A stretch of DNA of 64,000 nt from Octopus sinensis (GCF_006345805.1 NC_043014.1:23312001-23376000), one strand, 5' to 3'. Shown: positions 12,820 to 25,400, numbered from the stretch's first letter. Notes: generated by a model not told the origin, from the letters alone. Numbers and translations are program-made.

Positions 12820-13677
12820 CAGTTTTCAGAATGAAAAGCAGATTGTTTGATGCCTGTGTGTGAACAGCTATGCTGCATGGCAGTGAAACATGTGGTATGA
12901 CAGCTGAGGACATGCATAGGCTTGAAAGAAATGAAGCCAGTATTCTTCACTGGATTTGCAATGTCAGTGTGCATGTTTGACAGATCTTAAACATCTTGAG
13001 AGGAAAGTTAGCCACAGGAGGAATCAGATGTGGTGTGCAAGAGAGACAACTGCGCTGGTATGGTCATGTGGCGAGAATGGATGAGGATAGCTGTTGAAAG
13101 AAGTGCCGATCTCTAACTATGGAGGGAGCCTGTGGTAGAAGTAGATCCAGGAAGAAAAGGGATCGAGGTGGTGAAGCATGATCTTCAGACTTTGAGTTTC
13201 ACAGGCAATAACTGCTGACCAAGACCCTTGGCAATGTGTTGTGCTTCAGACGACCCATCAAGCGAAGTGCACCTGTGCTGGTGGCACATAAAGGACATCT
13301 TTTGAACATTGGCTGAGTTCTTTTCAAGTGTTGGGCCTCGCAGAGGCAAGGTAGTTGAGTGACTGAGTTCCTTTTCAGGAGGCAATGTCCAAGACCTTTG
13401 GCATTATGTTGCGCTTGAGAAGAAGACCCATCAAATCGAGCAAAATCACAGTCATGGCAGATACTGGTGTCACGCAAATTGGCACCCATGCCGGTGGTGC
13501 ATAAACACACCTCAGTGTCACATAAATGGCACCCGTGCTGGTGACATGTAAAAGCACCCATTACACTCTCGCCAAATTAGACTGGAGTCTGGTGCAGCCT
13601 TCCAACATGCCAGCCCAGTCAAACCATCCAACCCATGCCAGCATGGGGAACGGACGTTAAATGATGATGATGATGAT
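12820..13677 (+). mobile_element. RTE LINE 3' fragment, degraded
   Basis: Similar to the RLYDACVRTAMLHGSETW and RWYGHV regions of the other RTE copies; ends in (GAT)n. Confidence 0.8.
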
Positions 13678-13815
13678 ATATGTATATATATTATACTTCA
13701 ATTACAAGTTGTGTTAACCTTATGAAGGCATGGTTTCATCCAAGGAAATACTGGTTCAGTAACTAGTATTCAGTCTTATATAGTGGCGTTTTCAAACTTC
13801 TTTTTTATAAATATA

Positions 13816-14212
13816 CTAGCAGTATCACCCGGCGTTGCTCGGGTTGTAAGGGAAATAACTATATAAGCATTTTTAGAGAGTTATAGCCAAAAAATAGCAA
13901 AAAAATGCATTAAAAATTGAAAAAGAATTAAGGTAAATTTTTTTTTTAAATCGTTGACACATCGTAGATATTTTTAGAGAGTTACTTCCCTTATATAAAA
14001 GCGAAAAAAAATGCATTAAAATGGAAAAATATGATGGTAAATTTTTTTTAAATCGTAGACTCATTGTAGACGCGCGCTAATATCCAGAAGGGCTCGATAT
14101 GAATCACGACTATAAGATACCCGCTTTTGATTAAACTGCACCGCAAAATGTGGGAGTAGTTACGAATCTAAATCGTAGGAGACAGACACACAACTTCACT
14201 CTTATATAAAGA
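13816..14212 (-). mobile_element. Non-autonomous Helitron (397 bp) with both termini
   Basis: Minus strand starts A|TCTTTATATAAG and ends with hairpin CCCGAGCAACGCCGGG, then TGATACTG-CTAG|T. Inserted between A and T. Confidence 0.85.
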
Positions 14213-14538
14213 TGCTTTTTTTTTTCAGTCATAGAGTTAGATTTATGAAGGTCTTCAGTAGAAAATCCTTCGAATTCTGACTCGCTGCTTGATATAATGA
14301 AATTCGTATCCATTTTTTGTCAGAATTACAAATTTTGAAAACACAATAGGAACAAATTTCGGAAAAAAATCTCCCGTAATTCACGGAATTAAAATTACAC
14401 TTCGATTTTTGTACAAAACTGTATTTGAAGTGTTTACGAAGTATAATACGTGTTTTCACGAATGTACTAAAGAGATTTACTCTGATATTCTCATTTAAAT
14501 ATGAATAGGTAAATTCGGGTGGTTTGGTAACGAAAGGG
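14213..14538 (-). mobile_element. piggyBac-like element, left end and start of transposase
   Basis: TTAA|CCCTTTCGTTACC terminus (TTAA at 14539-14542). Downstream short ORF MDTNFIISSSESEFEGFSTEDL resembles acidic piggyBac N-termini. Truncated at the Helitron. Confidence 0.55.
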
Positions 14539-15070
14539 TTAAACGGATGCATACATTTATAACTATATATGTGTCGTCTGTTTCATACTTTCACACTATT
14601 TCATACTTTCAGTTTAGTGTTCCTCAAATCACTCTGTCGCTATTTACTCTCTTCCAAGAACATTTTCACTCACTCTTATCTGTTAGCTTGCCATACATTT
14701 TACTCATGTATCTATCAGCGTGATAGACAGAAACAAATATTACATCTAGTTTCACTTTATTCGTTGCACACTGTGTGTGTGCGTTTGCGTGTGCTGTAAA
14801 CCAGACTAAGAAAAGCATTTGACATACACACCAGAATGTGAGTTTTCTGTAAATTTTGCTTAATTGGAGTTTAAATTTTAAAAACTGGACCTGGCAAAAC
14901 CCGATGCATTCTACTCTTAAAAATGCTTGGTAAATTGTAATTGAAGAAATCCTATATTGTAGATTTCTATAACTGACAAAGGGAGGCAGATAAAATCTGC
15001 CTTTTATAATAAGAGATACCCACTCGTATGCCACCTACACTCTTTATAAATATATATATATATATATATA

Positions 15071-15874
15071 CGAAAGAAGGTTTGAAAATGCAATTTTAAA
15101 AGATGTTTGTTTACTTTACTGGTTTCACTCTTTAAAAAAAGATTGTCAAAAGTAACATGTATAAGTTTGGTTGCGTTAATTATTGGTTGTTACAAAATGC
15201 TACATTACATATATACAGTCTTTGGTAACAAGGACATGTTAAGGACATAAAAAAGTTTAACAAGTTCCTTAAAATATTGGGCACAAAAGATTACAACATA
15301 AATATACATTCTCAAGAACATGTTAAAGATAGTTTCCAGAAGGAATTATTAAAAAGTTCAGTGGGATATTGGTATTGTATCTGTATATTCAAACACACAC
15401 AGAATATTGGTTGTCACAGAGTACTACAATACATATATATACGTTCTTTGGTGACAAGAGCATGTTAAGAACATAAAAAAGTTTAATAAGTTCATTGGTA
15501 TTGTTCATTGAAATATTGGGCACAAATTGTGCCCAATATTTCAATGAACAATACCAATTTCAATAAACAATACCACTATCCCACTGAACTTTTTAATAAT
15601 TTCTTCTGGAAACTATCTTTAACATGTTCTTGAGAATGTATATTTATGTTGTAATCTTTTGTGCCCAATATTTTAAGGAACTTGTTAAACTTTTTTATAT
15701 CCTTAACATGTCCTTGTTACCAAAGACTGTATATATGTAATGTAGCATTTTGTAACAACCAATAATTAACGCAACCAAACTTATACATGTTACTTTTGAC
15801 AATCTTTTTCCAAAGAGTGAAACCGGTAAAGTAAATAAACATCTTTTAAAATTGCATTTTCAAACCTTCTTTCA
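15071..15874. mobile_element. Foldback/MITE-like element with about 307-bp terminal inverted repeats
   Basis: 15072-15378 is a near-perfect reverse complement of 15567-15873. Flanked by (TA)n; no coding capacity. Confidence 0.9.
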
Positions 15875-15915
15875 TATATAATTCCACTCATGCGGTACCC
15901 TACAACTCCACTTTG

Positions 15916-15950
<35 letters not shown>

Positions 15951-15967
15951 TATGTATGCATATATAT

Positions 15968-16014
<47 letters not shown>

Positions 16015-16104
16015 TATAACTCATCATCATCATATATATATATATATATATATATACATATGTATGTGTGTATGTATGTATGTAAATATATATATATATA
16101 TATA

Positions 16105-16470
16105 TATAGCAGAAATGGATATGTGGTAAGTAGCTTCCTTAGCAACCATATGGTTCTGGGTTCAGTCCCATTGCATGGTACCTTGGACAAGTGTCTTCTG
16201 CTATAGCCTTGGGCCAACCAAAGCCTTGTGAGTGGATTTGGTAGACGGAAACTGAAAGAAGCCCATCATATTTGGGTGTTTGTGTGTCCTTGTTTGACGA
16301 CCGATGCTGGTGTGTTTACATCCTCGTAATGTAGCAGTTTGGCAAAAGAGATTGATAGGAAAAGTACCAGGCTTACAGATAATAATTTTAGGGGTTGATT
16401 TGATCAACTAAAGGCAGTGCTCCACCATGGTCGCAGTCATTTGACTGAACCAAATAAAAGATTAAAAGAG
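16105..16470 (+). mobile_element. SINE family A
   Basis: Head ..GTGGTAAG..GGGTTCAGTCCC; tail hairpin CAGTCATTTGACTG at 16434-16447. Confidence 0.85.
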
Positions 16471-16589
16471 TGTATGTGTATGTGTGTATATATATATATT
16501 TATATATATATATGTGTGTGTGTGTGTATACATATATAATATAGTAAAAATAATTGAATTTGAAACAGAATAGTGAAACTATCATATCA

Positions 16590-16830
16590 CATTACAATAG
16601 AGATGTTATTGTTTCACTTTTGACACGTAATACCAAAACAGTGTAAGAGATAAGAGATTGCTCTGGGCTTGCATTAGCAAGAAGTTGAATTTTTTTTTTT
16701 TTTTTTTTGCCCATGACACTCCATGTTTCTAAGTAAGGCATATCTAAAATTTGAACGAAATCGGTTAGGTAGTTTTCGAGTTTTAGTGATGCACACATAC
16801 AGACACATATCCTCAGTTTTATTTATATAT
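16590..16830 (-). mobile_element. Helitron 5'-end fragment
   Basis: Reverse complement matches 28650-28900 (AAAACTGAG..TGTGTCTGT..ATTTCGTTCAAATTTT). Confidence 0.65.
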
Positions 16831-16843
16831 ATATATATTATAT

Positions 16844-16875
<32 letters not shown>

Positions 16876-16878
16876 CAT

Positions 16879-16911
<33 letters not shown>

Positions 16912-17074
16912 GATATATTTATAATTGGTAGAAGTTACATAGTGACCCAAGGGCTGAGAGTTTTGTTCCTTGGTACTAACCAAATGCATGAAACTCATAA
17001 ACTTTAAATCTTCAACCAATTAATAAAAAACTCATCCTTTGAGTTGTTTTCATGTTTACAACCCCAAGCCTATA

Positions 17075-17225
17075 TATCATCATCATCATCCTTATTTAAC
17101 ATCTGTCTTTCACGCTGGCACGGGTTGGGCAGTTTGACAGGAGCCAACCAGGTAGAATGGCTGGATGCCCTTCCTAACACCAACCACTCTGCAGAGTGGA
17201 GTGAGTGCTGTTTACATGGCACCAA
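17075..17225 (-). mobile_element. RTE-type 3' tail fragment
   Basis: (CAT)n followed by GCTGGATGCCCTTCCTAACACCAACCACTC, as in the other RTE tails. Confidence 0.7.
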
Positions 17226-17352
17226 CACAAGTAAGGTCAGTTTTTACATGGTTTTTACTGCTGGATACTATATATATTGTAGTTTTTTGTTTTTTTGTTT
17301 TTTTTTAGTATATTTTCACACATACTTATAAAAAGTTTCTCCTCTCTTTCAG

Positions 17353-17637
17353 AACTGATTCAATACTTAGAAGAACCAATGTCCACTGTAGTACTTCAAA
17401 ATAGTCCAGTTGTCTTGACATGTCCAGTAACACCTGCATCAGCTCAGGTGCAATGGTATTATCAAGGTAAACCCATCAATAATGACTATCAAGGCGTTAT
17501 GGTAAATGGGACCAGTCTTTCCATAAGTGAATTCCATTCTGGAAATACACTATATTCCCATGAAGGAATGTATTACTGTATTGCAACTACTGATGTTGGA
17601 TCACTCATCAGTCAACCTGCCTGGCTGCAAGTACCTC
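17353..17637 (+). CDS. Internal exon of a host gene encoding one Ig-like (I-set) domain; CDON/BOC/Ihog-like, with DCC/neogenin-like as the alternative
   Basis: Acceptor TTTCTCCTCTCTTTCAG| and donor |GTAAGT; 285 nt, phase 1-1. Peptide LEEPMSTVVLQNSPVVLTCPVTPASAQVQWYYQGKP..SLSI..HEGMYYCIATTDVGSLISQPAWLQV has the Ig Cys, Trp and GxYxC. The short C-to-W spacing and G.LIS.PA ending resemble CDON Ig1 as I recall it. Confidence 0.85.
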
Positions 17638-18149
17638 GTAAGTATTGCAAACACTTCTCTATATATATCTCTATGTATGTATAACTTGAATGCATTTGTA
17701 TGTATGTTTATCTACTACAATTTTTCAATCATGTCTGGATAAAATGCTTCATTCTACACTCAGCAGTTCTATGTACCTTTTCAAATTAAATTTCCAGATT
17801 TTTCTGGATAAATTCCCGTGCTAAACCAGTCATTCTTATATGGTGCTGCAAAAACTAATAAAGCATATTTTTAGAATTGTGAAAAATACAAACTCAAATT
17901 TTAAACCTATGCTTCATTTATTGCATAATGAAATAACAGAAATTTAATAATTGTCCATAGTTCAAATTATTTATGTTTATAAACTAAAATATATAACTTT
18001 TGTTTAATACATTATTTTTTTTTACTTTATGCATAGTACACCAAAATATTTTTATTTATTCTAAACATGAATTATTTTGTTTCATTTTATTTTTTCTAAA
18101 CATGAATTATTTTGTTTCAAGTGAAATACATGTTCAGGTATCATTTTTA

Positions 18150-19810
18150 TTTCTCCAAATTTAACTATTAAAAAAGTAGAAAAAAGAGAGATAAGAAAGA
18201 AAGAAATAAGGGGTAAGTAATGCAACAGAAGATAGAAGGGGAAATGAGCAACAACAAGAACAACTGAAACAGCAAGAACAGGTACAACAGCAATAACAAC
18301 AAAATCAATAATTGTTGGAATTATTGTTGCGTTCAAAAGACATTTCAAGTTCGTTTTCGGTAGATGTGGTTGCTAATTCAATTGAAGAATTCATGTATAA
18401 TCCAGAAGAAGGGATCATGTTTTCTGCATACTTCTGAAGATATGAAGGAATCTTCAAGGAAGAGTGTAAAAGCTGGATGGATGAAAAGAAGGTATGTTTT
18501 TTTTTTAAGGAAATTATCACCAGCAGAACATGGAAAGTTTTGTAATTACATCTTGCCGAGAAAAACCATCCAAAATTAACAAGGATACATGGAAAACAAA
18601 TAGGAAGGTCTTCATTGAGAAAAACTGTAAAAATAGCGAGAGGCATCTCAGGAAAACAATTACAATTGTTGGGTGAAATGATTAGTAAGGTAACTTTGAA
18701 GGCTAAAGTTTTTGTATCAAAAAATACAACACACCTTTTTGGCACAGACTGGATAGAATTGTTTAATTTATGGAACTTCCCTATAAATAATTTTTGCAAT
18801 AATGTAAATTGTTATAACACCAGTTCAAATGAAGCATCGGAAGTTTTAAAAAAGAAATTGGAAAAGATTTTCCCTCTATGTTTTTTTGGAAGAATTAGGT
18901 GGACGCACCCAGCCAAAAGTAAAATTTCAAGTAAAAGTAAACGCCATACCGGTGTTTAAACCAAGGCAAGTTGTACCTTTCGTGGCATTTAATCAAGTCA
19001 ATGAGGAATTAGATAGGCTAGAAAAGCTGGGAGTTATAGAAAAAGTTAATTATTCAGAATGAGCAGCACCAACTGTTTATGTAAAGAAAAACAATAACAA
19101 AACGCAAGTATGCATGGACTTTTCAACAGGTTTGAATGAATGTTTAAGGACATACAATTATCTACTACCAAGACCAGAGGAAATTTTTGCGAAACTCAAT
19201 GGAGGAAAATTTTTCTCAAAATTGGACTTGTCAAAGGCATATTTACAGTTACAAGTCGAGGATTGAATGTTCGAAATTATTAACAATAATCACTCATAAA
19301 AGTTTATATAAATTCAGTTGACTTCCTTTCAGGATAAATGTGGCACCTAGTATTTTCCAACAGGTGATGGACACAATGGTTGCAGATACGGATTTCGCTA
19401 TAGCATATTTGGATGACCTACTCATAAAAAGTGAGTCATGAGGAACATGTTAAAATGGTTTTTGAGAAGATAAAGGAGTATGGATTCAAAATTAGTGAGG
19501 AAAAATGTGAATATTTCATGCCAGAAATAAAGTATCTTGGGCAAGTTATCAGTAAAAAATGGTTGCTGGCCAGATTCTTCAAGATTGACAGCAATAAAAA
19601 ATATGCCTACCCTGCAAAATATTACAATACTACAAACGTTTTTAGGGCTCACAATATATTACCAAACATGCATGAGCTAAGAGCACCCCGAAACAACCTA
19701 GTAAAAAAAAAAAAGCATAAAATGGTATCTATTAGACAGGTGTCAAAAAGCATTGGAAGAATTTTAAAAAGTTTTATCATTGGAACGGTCATTATTGCAC
19801 TTTGATCCAG
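18150..19810 (+). mobile_element. Gypsy LTR retrotransposon remnant (gag-protease-RT), degraded
   Basis: EFMYNPEEG, LRKLSPAEHGKFCNYILPRK, LFGTDWIELFNLW, YSE*AAPTVYVKK, FSKLDLSKAYLQ, AYLDDLL, KCEYFMPEIKYLG. Many frameshifts; no clear LTRs. Confidence 0.9.
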
Positions 19811-19939
19811 CATTTAGATAATGGCAAGATCTGGCATGTTGCTTTCTTAAGCAGGGTGTCAGAAGAGATTGTTATGAATATTTATATATGTGTGTGTGTG
19901 TGTGTATACAGTGTTAGGTGTGGTGTACAGATATTGAAT

Positions 19940-22900
19940 ATCGAGAAAAAAGGTCACCAGAATTTTGGAATTTGTCAAATATAGACCTCAACAAGGATGA
20001 GATGAACCTCCTATTAAAAGATTTCAAATTTACCCTGACACCCACCCTAATCTCATTGAACTGAAATCTGATACTGAACACTTCAACCGCCAACTCTGAC
20101 TTACAGAATTCTTCAGCAGTAAGGATTTAAATGATGAATCAATAGTCAGGAATAAATCCCACTTCACTCCCTACAAGGGAAAGGACAAATATTTAGACAC
20201 GTATATAGATACGATTTCAAGATTTCCCCTAAATGCTCACAGATGCAAACAAAACCTTCATGAAGAAGAAAAAGAAGCCTTACAAACACTGAAGAACAAC
20301 AACTCAATCATCCTAAAAGAAGCTGATAACGGAGGGGTGATAGTAATCATGGACAAGGACTATTCATCATCATCATCATCATCGTTTAACGTCCGTTTTC
20401 CGCGCTAGCACGGGTTGGACGGTTCGACCGGGGTCTGGGAAGCCAGGGGCTGCACCAGGCTCCAGTCTGATCTGGCAGTGTTTCTACAGCTGGATGCCCT
20501 TCCTAACGCCAACCACTCCGCGAGTGTAGTGGGTGCTTTTTACGTGCCACCGGCACAGGTGCCAGGGGAGTCTGGCATCGGCCACGATCAGTTGGTGCTT
20601 TTAACGTGCCACCGGCACGGAAGCCAGCCAAGGCGGCACTGGCATCGGCCACATTCGGATGGTGCTTTTTATGTACCACCGGCACAGAAGCCAGTCGAGG
20701 CAGCGCTGGCAACGGCCACGTTCGAATAGTGCTTTTTATGTGCCACCGGCACAGGTATCACAACTACTATTTCCATTGATATTTGTTTCGATGTTCATGT
20801 ACATGCACTTGACTCAACAGGTCTCCTCAAGCACAGCGAGATGTTCTGGGATCCAAGGTACTTTGAATGGGCAGGGGCTATGCGGAACTGGTGCCGGAAG
20901 TAGCCCGGGTCTTTGCAGTCACAGCACATCTCCAGAGATCTCGGTCCTTCGCCATTGCCTCAGTGAGGCCCAACGCTCTGAGGTCATGCTTCACTACCTC
21001 ATCCCATGTCTTCCTGGGTCTACCTCTCCCCCTGATTCCTTCAACTGTTTGGGAGCGGCACTTCTTCACACATCTCTCCTCATCCATCCGCAGTACATGA
21101 CCATACCATCGCAAGCGTCGCTCTTGCACACCACATCTGATGCTTCTTATGTCCAGCATTTCTCTCAAGGTGCTTACACTCAGTCGTGCATGCACACTGA
21201 CATTACACATCCAGCGGATCATGCTAGCTTCATTTCTTTCAAGTCTACGCATGTCCTCTGCAGTCACAGCCCATGTTTCACTACCGTGAAGCATGGCAGT
21301 TCGCACACATGCATCATACAATCTACCTTTCACTCTGAGTGAGAGACCCTTTGTCGCCAGTAGGGTAGGAGCTTTCTAAACTTTGCCCAGGCTATTCGTA
21401 TTCTAGTGGTGACACTCTCTGAGCATCCACCTCCACTACTAACTTGGTCACCCAGGTAGCGGAAACTATCGACTACTTCTAGTTTCTCCCCCTGGAGTGT
21501 GATGGAATCTGTTTTCTGAGTATTTGTGGTGTCTATTGTCCCTGTGCATCTGCCGCACACTGGGTGCATCTAATGGAGTTTCTACCTACACCTTTCCTAC
21601 AGATCGAGCAGGGCCATCTGCCCGATGGGGTGTGTGCTGAGTTCGCCTTTCTGCTTACTATAACTTTGGTCTTTGCTACATTTACTCTAAGGCCCTTTGA
21701 TTCTAACCCTTGTTTCCACACCCGAAATTTCTTTTCTAGTTCCGGTAGTGATTCTGCTATGAGAGCCAGGTCATCAGCATAGAGGAGCTCCCAGGGGCAA
21801 CCTGTTTTGAATTCCTCTGTTATTGCCTGGAGGACTAGCAATTTCTATGGATTGCCCAAAATCTACAAAAGTTCCGAAATACAAAGTGCCATAAATAAGC
21901 AGAAGAAACTACGTAAAAATACTAAGACCAATAGTTGCTGGACCTCAAGCACCAACACAACAACTAAGTCATTTTTTAGATATACTCCTAAAATCCTTGT
22001 GCCCTTTAATACCCAGGGATGGCATAGATTTCATCCAACACATCGCTCCCACTGTCGCAGAAGGTACTATACTTACCAGTTTTGATGTCACCAATCTCTA
22101 TACTAATATACCTCACACTTTAGGCCTAGAAGCAATCAAACACTGGGTAGAGAAACATAGAGGACGGATAAATGAATGCTTCAAGACAGACTTCACCTCC
22201 ATGGCCACATGACTAGTACTAGAAAATACCTTTAGATTCGACAATAAAACATAACAACAGATAAAAGGGCATGGCTATGGGGACACAGTTTATGCCCTCA
22301 TATGCAAACTTATTTATGGGATACTTGGAAGAAAAACTTTATGAGGAAGTAGAAAAACTTTTGATAAGGAGTACAAGAAATATATCTTTAAGAAGTGTAA
22401 ACACTTCCTTGATGATTGCTTCATCATCTGGGACAAATTGAGTCAAGATTTAAGTATATTTAACAATATACTGAACACACTTCACCCAGCCATCAAATTC
22501 ACAACATAATCCAATTGCAATGAATTGCTGTTCCTGGATATCCACATAAAACTACAGAACTCCACAGTCACAACAGACATATTTTACAAAAAAACTGACA
22601 CACCCCAATATTTAAATTTCTACTTTTGCCATCCATCACACATCAAAAGAAACATCCTATACAGACTGGCAAGATGCATCTGTGCTATAGTGACTGACCC
22701 CAAAATACGTGAAATCCGACTCAACGAACTCAAAGGCTTCCTCACAATGCAGAAATACCCCTTAGGATTAATTAATGAGGGAATGAAAAAGGCGATGAAA
22801 CTGAACATTACCCAACTACTGACACCTATGGAAAAAGTTAATGAAAACACGATTCTGTTTGTTAACACACACAGTCCTGGAATAATCAACATTTTTCACA

Positions 22901-23300
22901 TCATAAAATCAAATTTACCTATACTCCTACGAAGCCCCAAAATGAAAAATCTGATTGAAAAACACCTTACAGAATAGTAGACACCAACCAAAAAAATTTT
23001 AAAAACACCTCACAAGGGCAGAATTCAAATCAGAGAATGAATCAAAATTCTTAGTAAAAGAATGTGGAACATGAAACAACAATTTTAAATACTTAGAAAG
23101 TGGTTCCCACATAAAGTTCAAGAGCAGATCTCTTTTCAAAATAAATGTAGATATGAACTGCAAAATGCAAAACCTTACATATTGCATTACCTGTCCAAAC
23201 TGCAAAGAAAATTACATTGGAGAAACAAATAATTCCCTCTGCCAACATGCAAGAAGAGCATCTGATTTTAAAACGTATAGTACATTCATCCAAACCATCC
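19940..23300 (+). mobile_element. Penelope-like element (RT + GIY-YIG), degraded, interrupted by an RTE
   Basis: LKEADNGG..VIMDKDY (to 20362); resumes at TSNFYGLPKI (21835); SFDVTNLYTNIP, G.AMG, FLDDCFIIW, LFLDI, FYKKTDT.QYL; C-terminal CITCPNCKENYIGET. Confidence 0.9.
20363..21837 (-). mobile_element. RTE LINE, 5'-truncated, nested in the Penelope element
   Basis: YADDLAL, FRYLG, RLRWYGHV, GRGRPRKTW; repeat-containing 3' UTR and (GAT)n tail. Very similar to 52275-53702. Confidence 0.95.
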
Positions 23301-23419
23301 TAACATTGGAAAAAAGACAGATATAAAAACAAAAACAAAATTAACGTGTGTGTGTGTGTGCATGGAGCGGGAGGGGGCAAAAAGTCAAAATCTGCAATAT
23401 TTTGGCTGGTCACATACCA

Positions 23420-25400
23420 TGTACTTTCATTTTTGGGCCTTCGGAAGACAGAAAATGGGCTTCTTCACAATAAAGATGAAGTCATGGCATCAAGACTCAG
23501 ATGGGAAAATCCTGGCTTAGTGTACAACTGCAACTCAACTTGATGCTGATGGTCAGACCAAAGGCCTTCGATGCACACAAGAAGTTGTTTAGAATCCATT
23601 GCATGTCCTCAGGAGTGTGTGCTACAAGTGTACAATCATCTGTGGAGAGCAAATCTCAAATTGTTTGCACCAAAGTCTTAGTTTTCACTTGAAGTGCTGT
23701 TGGCTGAACCAGCCACTGAAACTTTACACCTTCTTTAATACACTCAAATTCTGTTTCCAACATGATTGAAAAATACAAAGCAAATAAGAATGATGCAAGA
23801 ACACAGCTTTGTTTTGTCCCATTTGAGACTGTGAATGAGTTGAACACTTAGTTATGGGATAACCTAGCTTTCTAAGGACAACCCAAGGAGCATTCCTAGA
23901 TATGGTGTTGAAAGCTTTACTTAGATCTACAAAAGTGACAAAAAGGTCTCGGTTGTGCCCACAAGCCTTTTCCTGCAGCTGCCTTAGGCTAAAAATCATA
24001 TCCACTGTGCTTCTACCAGCCCGAAATCCACACTGTGATTCAGGCAACACTAAGCTGGCAAGGGCATCATTTAATCTGTTTAAGATAACCCTTCAAAGGA
24101 TCTTCCCTAAAACACACAAAAGGGAGATACCTCTATAGTTGTCGCATTCATATTTGTTACCTTTGTGCTTATATAAAGGTGCACTATAGAAGCATCTTTG
24201 AACTCCTGTGGGACTGTTCCTGATTCCCAGATTAAGGAGAAACTTGTTCAGCAGGAAACTGCTATGACATCGCTCTTATCAGTGATTCTCTCTCCAATGC
24301 CCAGTCTCTTTTACAATCTCTTGAACAAGCCTCAAATTGTGTAGGTCTTTACCTCAATGAGACCAAAACTGAATACATAAACAAGTGCCTGTCCAACAGT
24401 GATTGCATCATCCACACTCTTAACAGTGCACCTTTAAATATGGTTTCTGATTATAAATATCTTGGGTCATACATATCATCATCTGGAAAAGACTTTCTAA
24501 CTAGAAAGGGTATGGCCTGGTCAGCCTGTAATGACATGCATAAGATCTGGTCATCAAATCTAAGTAGAGACTTCAAACTTGAAATATTCAAAGCCACAGT
24601 CGAACCAATTCTACTATATGGCTCAGAAAGCTGGACGTTATCAAAGAAGCTTGAGAGGCGGTTGGATGGAACCTACACTCGCCTCCTTATGAGAGCTCAA
24701 AATCTCTCGTGGAGGCGCCATCCAACTAAAATGCAAATATATGGGAAATTACCACCTGTGTCATCTCTTGTGAAAGGTAGGAGAGTCCAGTTTGCTGGAC
24801 ATTGTTGTAGAGCTGAAAAAGAAGTAATTTCTACTCTTCTCCTCTGGAAGCCATCTACTCGCAACACCAGAGGGCGCACACTCTCCTACCCTGATGTAAT
24901 CTCCAGGGTTACAGGCATCCAGCAACAGGACCTCCGTAATACTATGATGGACCGTGAAGTCTGGCGCAACATGGTAAATTCCATTGTCTCGACCACGGTC
25001 GAACAATGATGATGATGATGATGCTACAACATTTATATATCTCAGCTGGGATGCCATTATTCTCAGACAACTTTCCATTTCATGAGCTGTTTTATGGCCT
25101 TTTTTTATTTCAGCGTTAGATGGAGCAACTGGCAGTTCTTCAAGGACAGGCCTTTGTGGTAGGTTGATGATCAGTTCTTCATCAACAATTCAGTCCATAT
25201 TCGGAACATTTGAAAAGTGCTCTGCCCAGCACTTCATGATCTGCTTTTTATCTGTCAGAAGATTACACTCAGTTGAAAGTATGGGAATTAAGTCACCAGA
25301 CACAGGTCCAAAAAGACTCTTTAGATTCTGGTAGAATGACTTCGAGTCACATCTATCCGCAACATCTTGCAATTCCTGTGCCTTCCTTTACTACCATATC
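23420..25400 (-). mobile_element. RTE/BovB-like LINE fragment, degraded, interrupted at 24265-25021
   Basis: KSFYQNLK..FGP, WAEHFSNV, DNYRGISLL, PESQCGFRAGRSTVDMIFSLRQLQEK, FVDLSKAF. Confidence 0.85.
24265..25021 (+). mobile_element. RTE-clade LINE 3' fragment of a different family, with (GAT)n tail
   Basis: DIAL, YKYLGS, VEPILLYGSESW, RRVQFAGHC. Flanked by TGCTA at 24260-24264 and 25022-25026. Confidence 0.85.

Noticed and set aside
19860-19900. Purine tract plus TGTTATG as the start of a Gypsy 3' LTR
   Set aside because: No matching 5' LTR was found, and the RNase H/integrase region is absent.
20520-20770. Repeat-spacer pattern resembling a CRISPR array
   Set aside because: The units are degenerate, the spacers are related to each other, the array lies in a LINE 3' UTR in eukaryotic DNA, and there are no cas genes.
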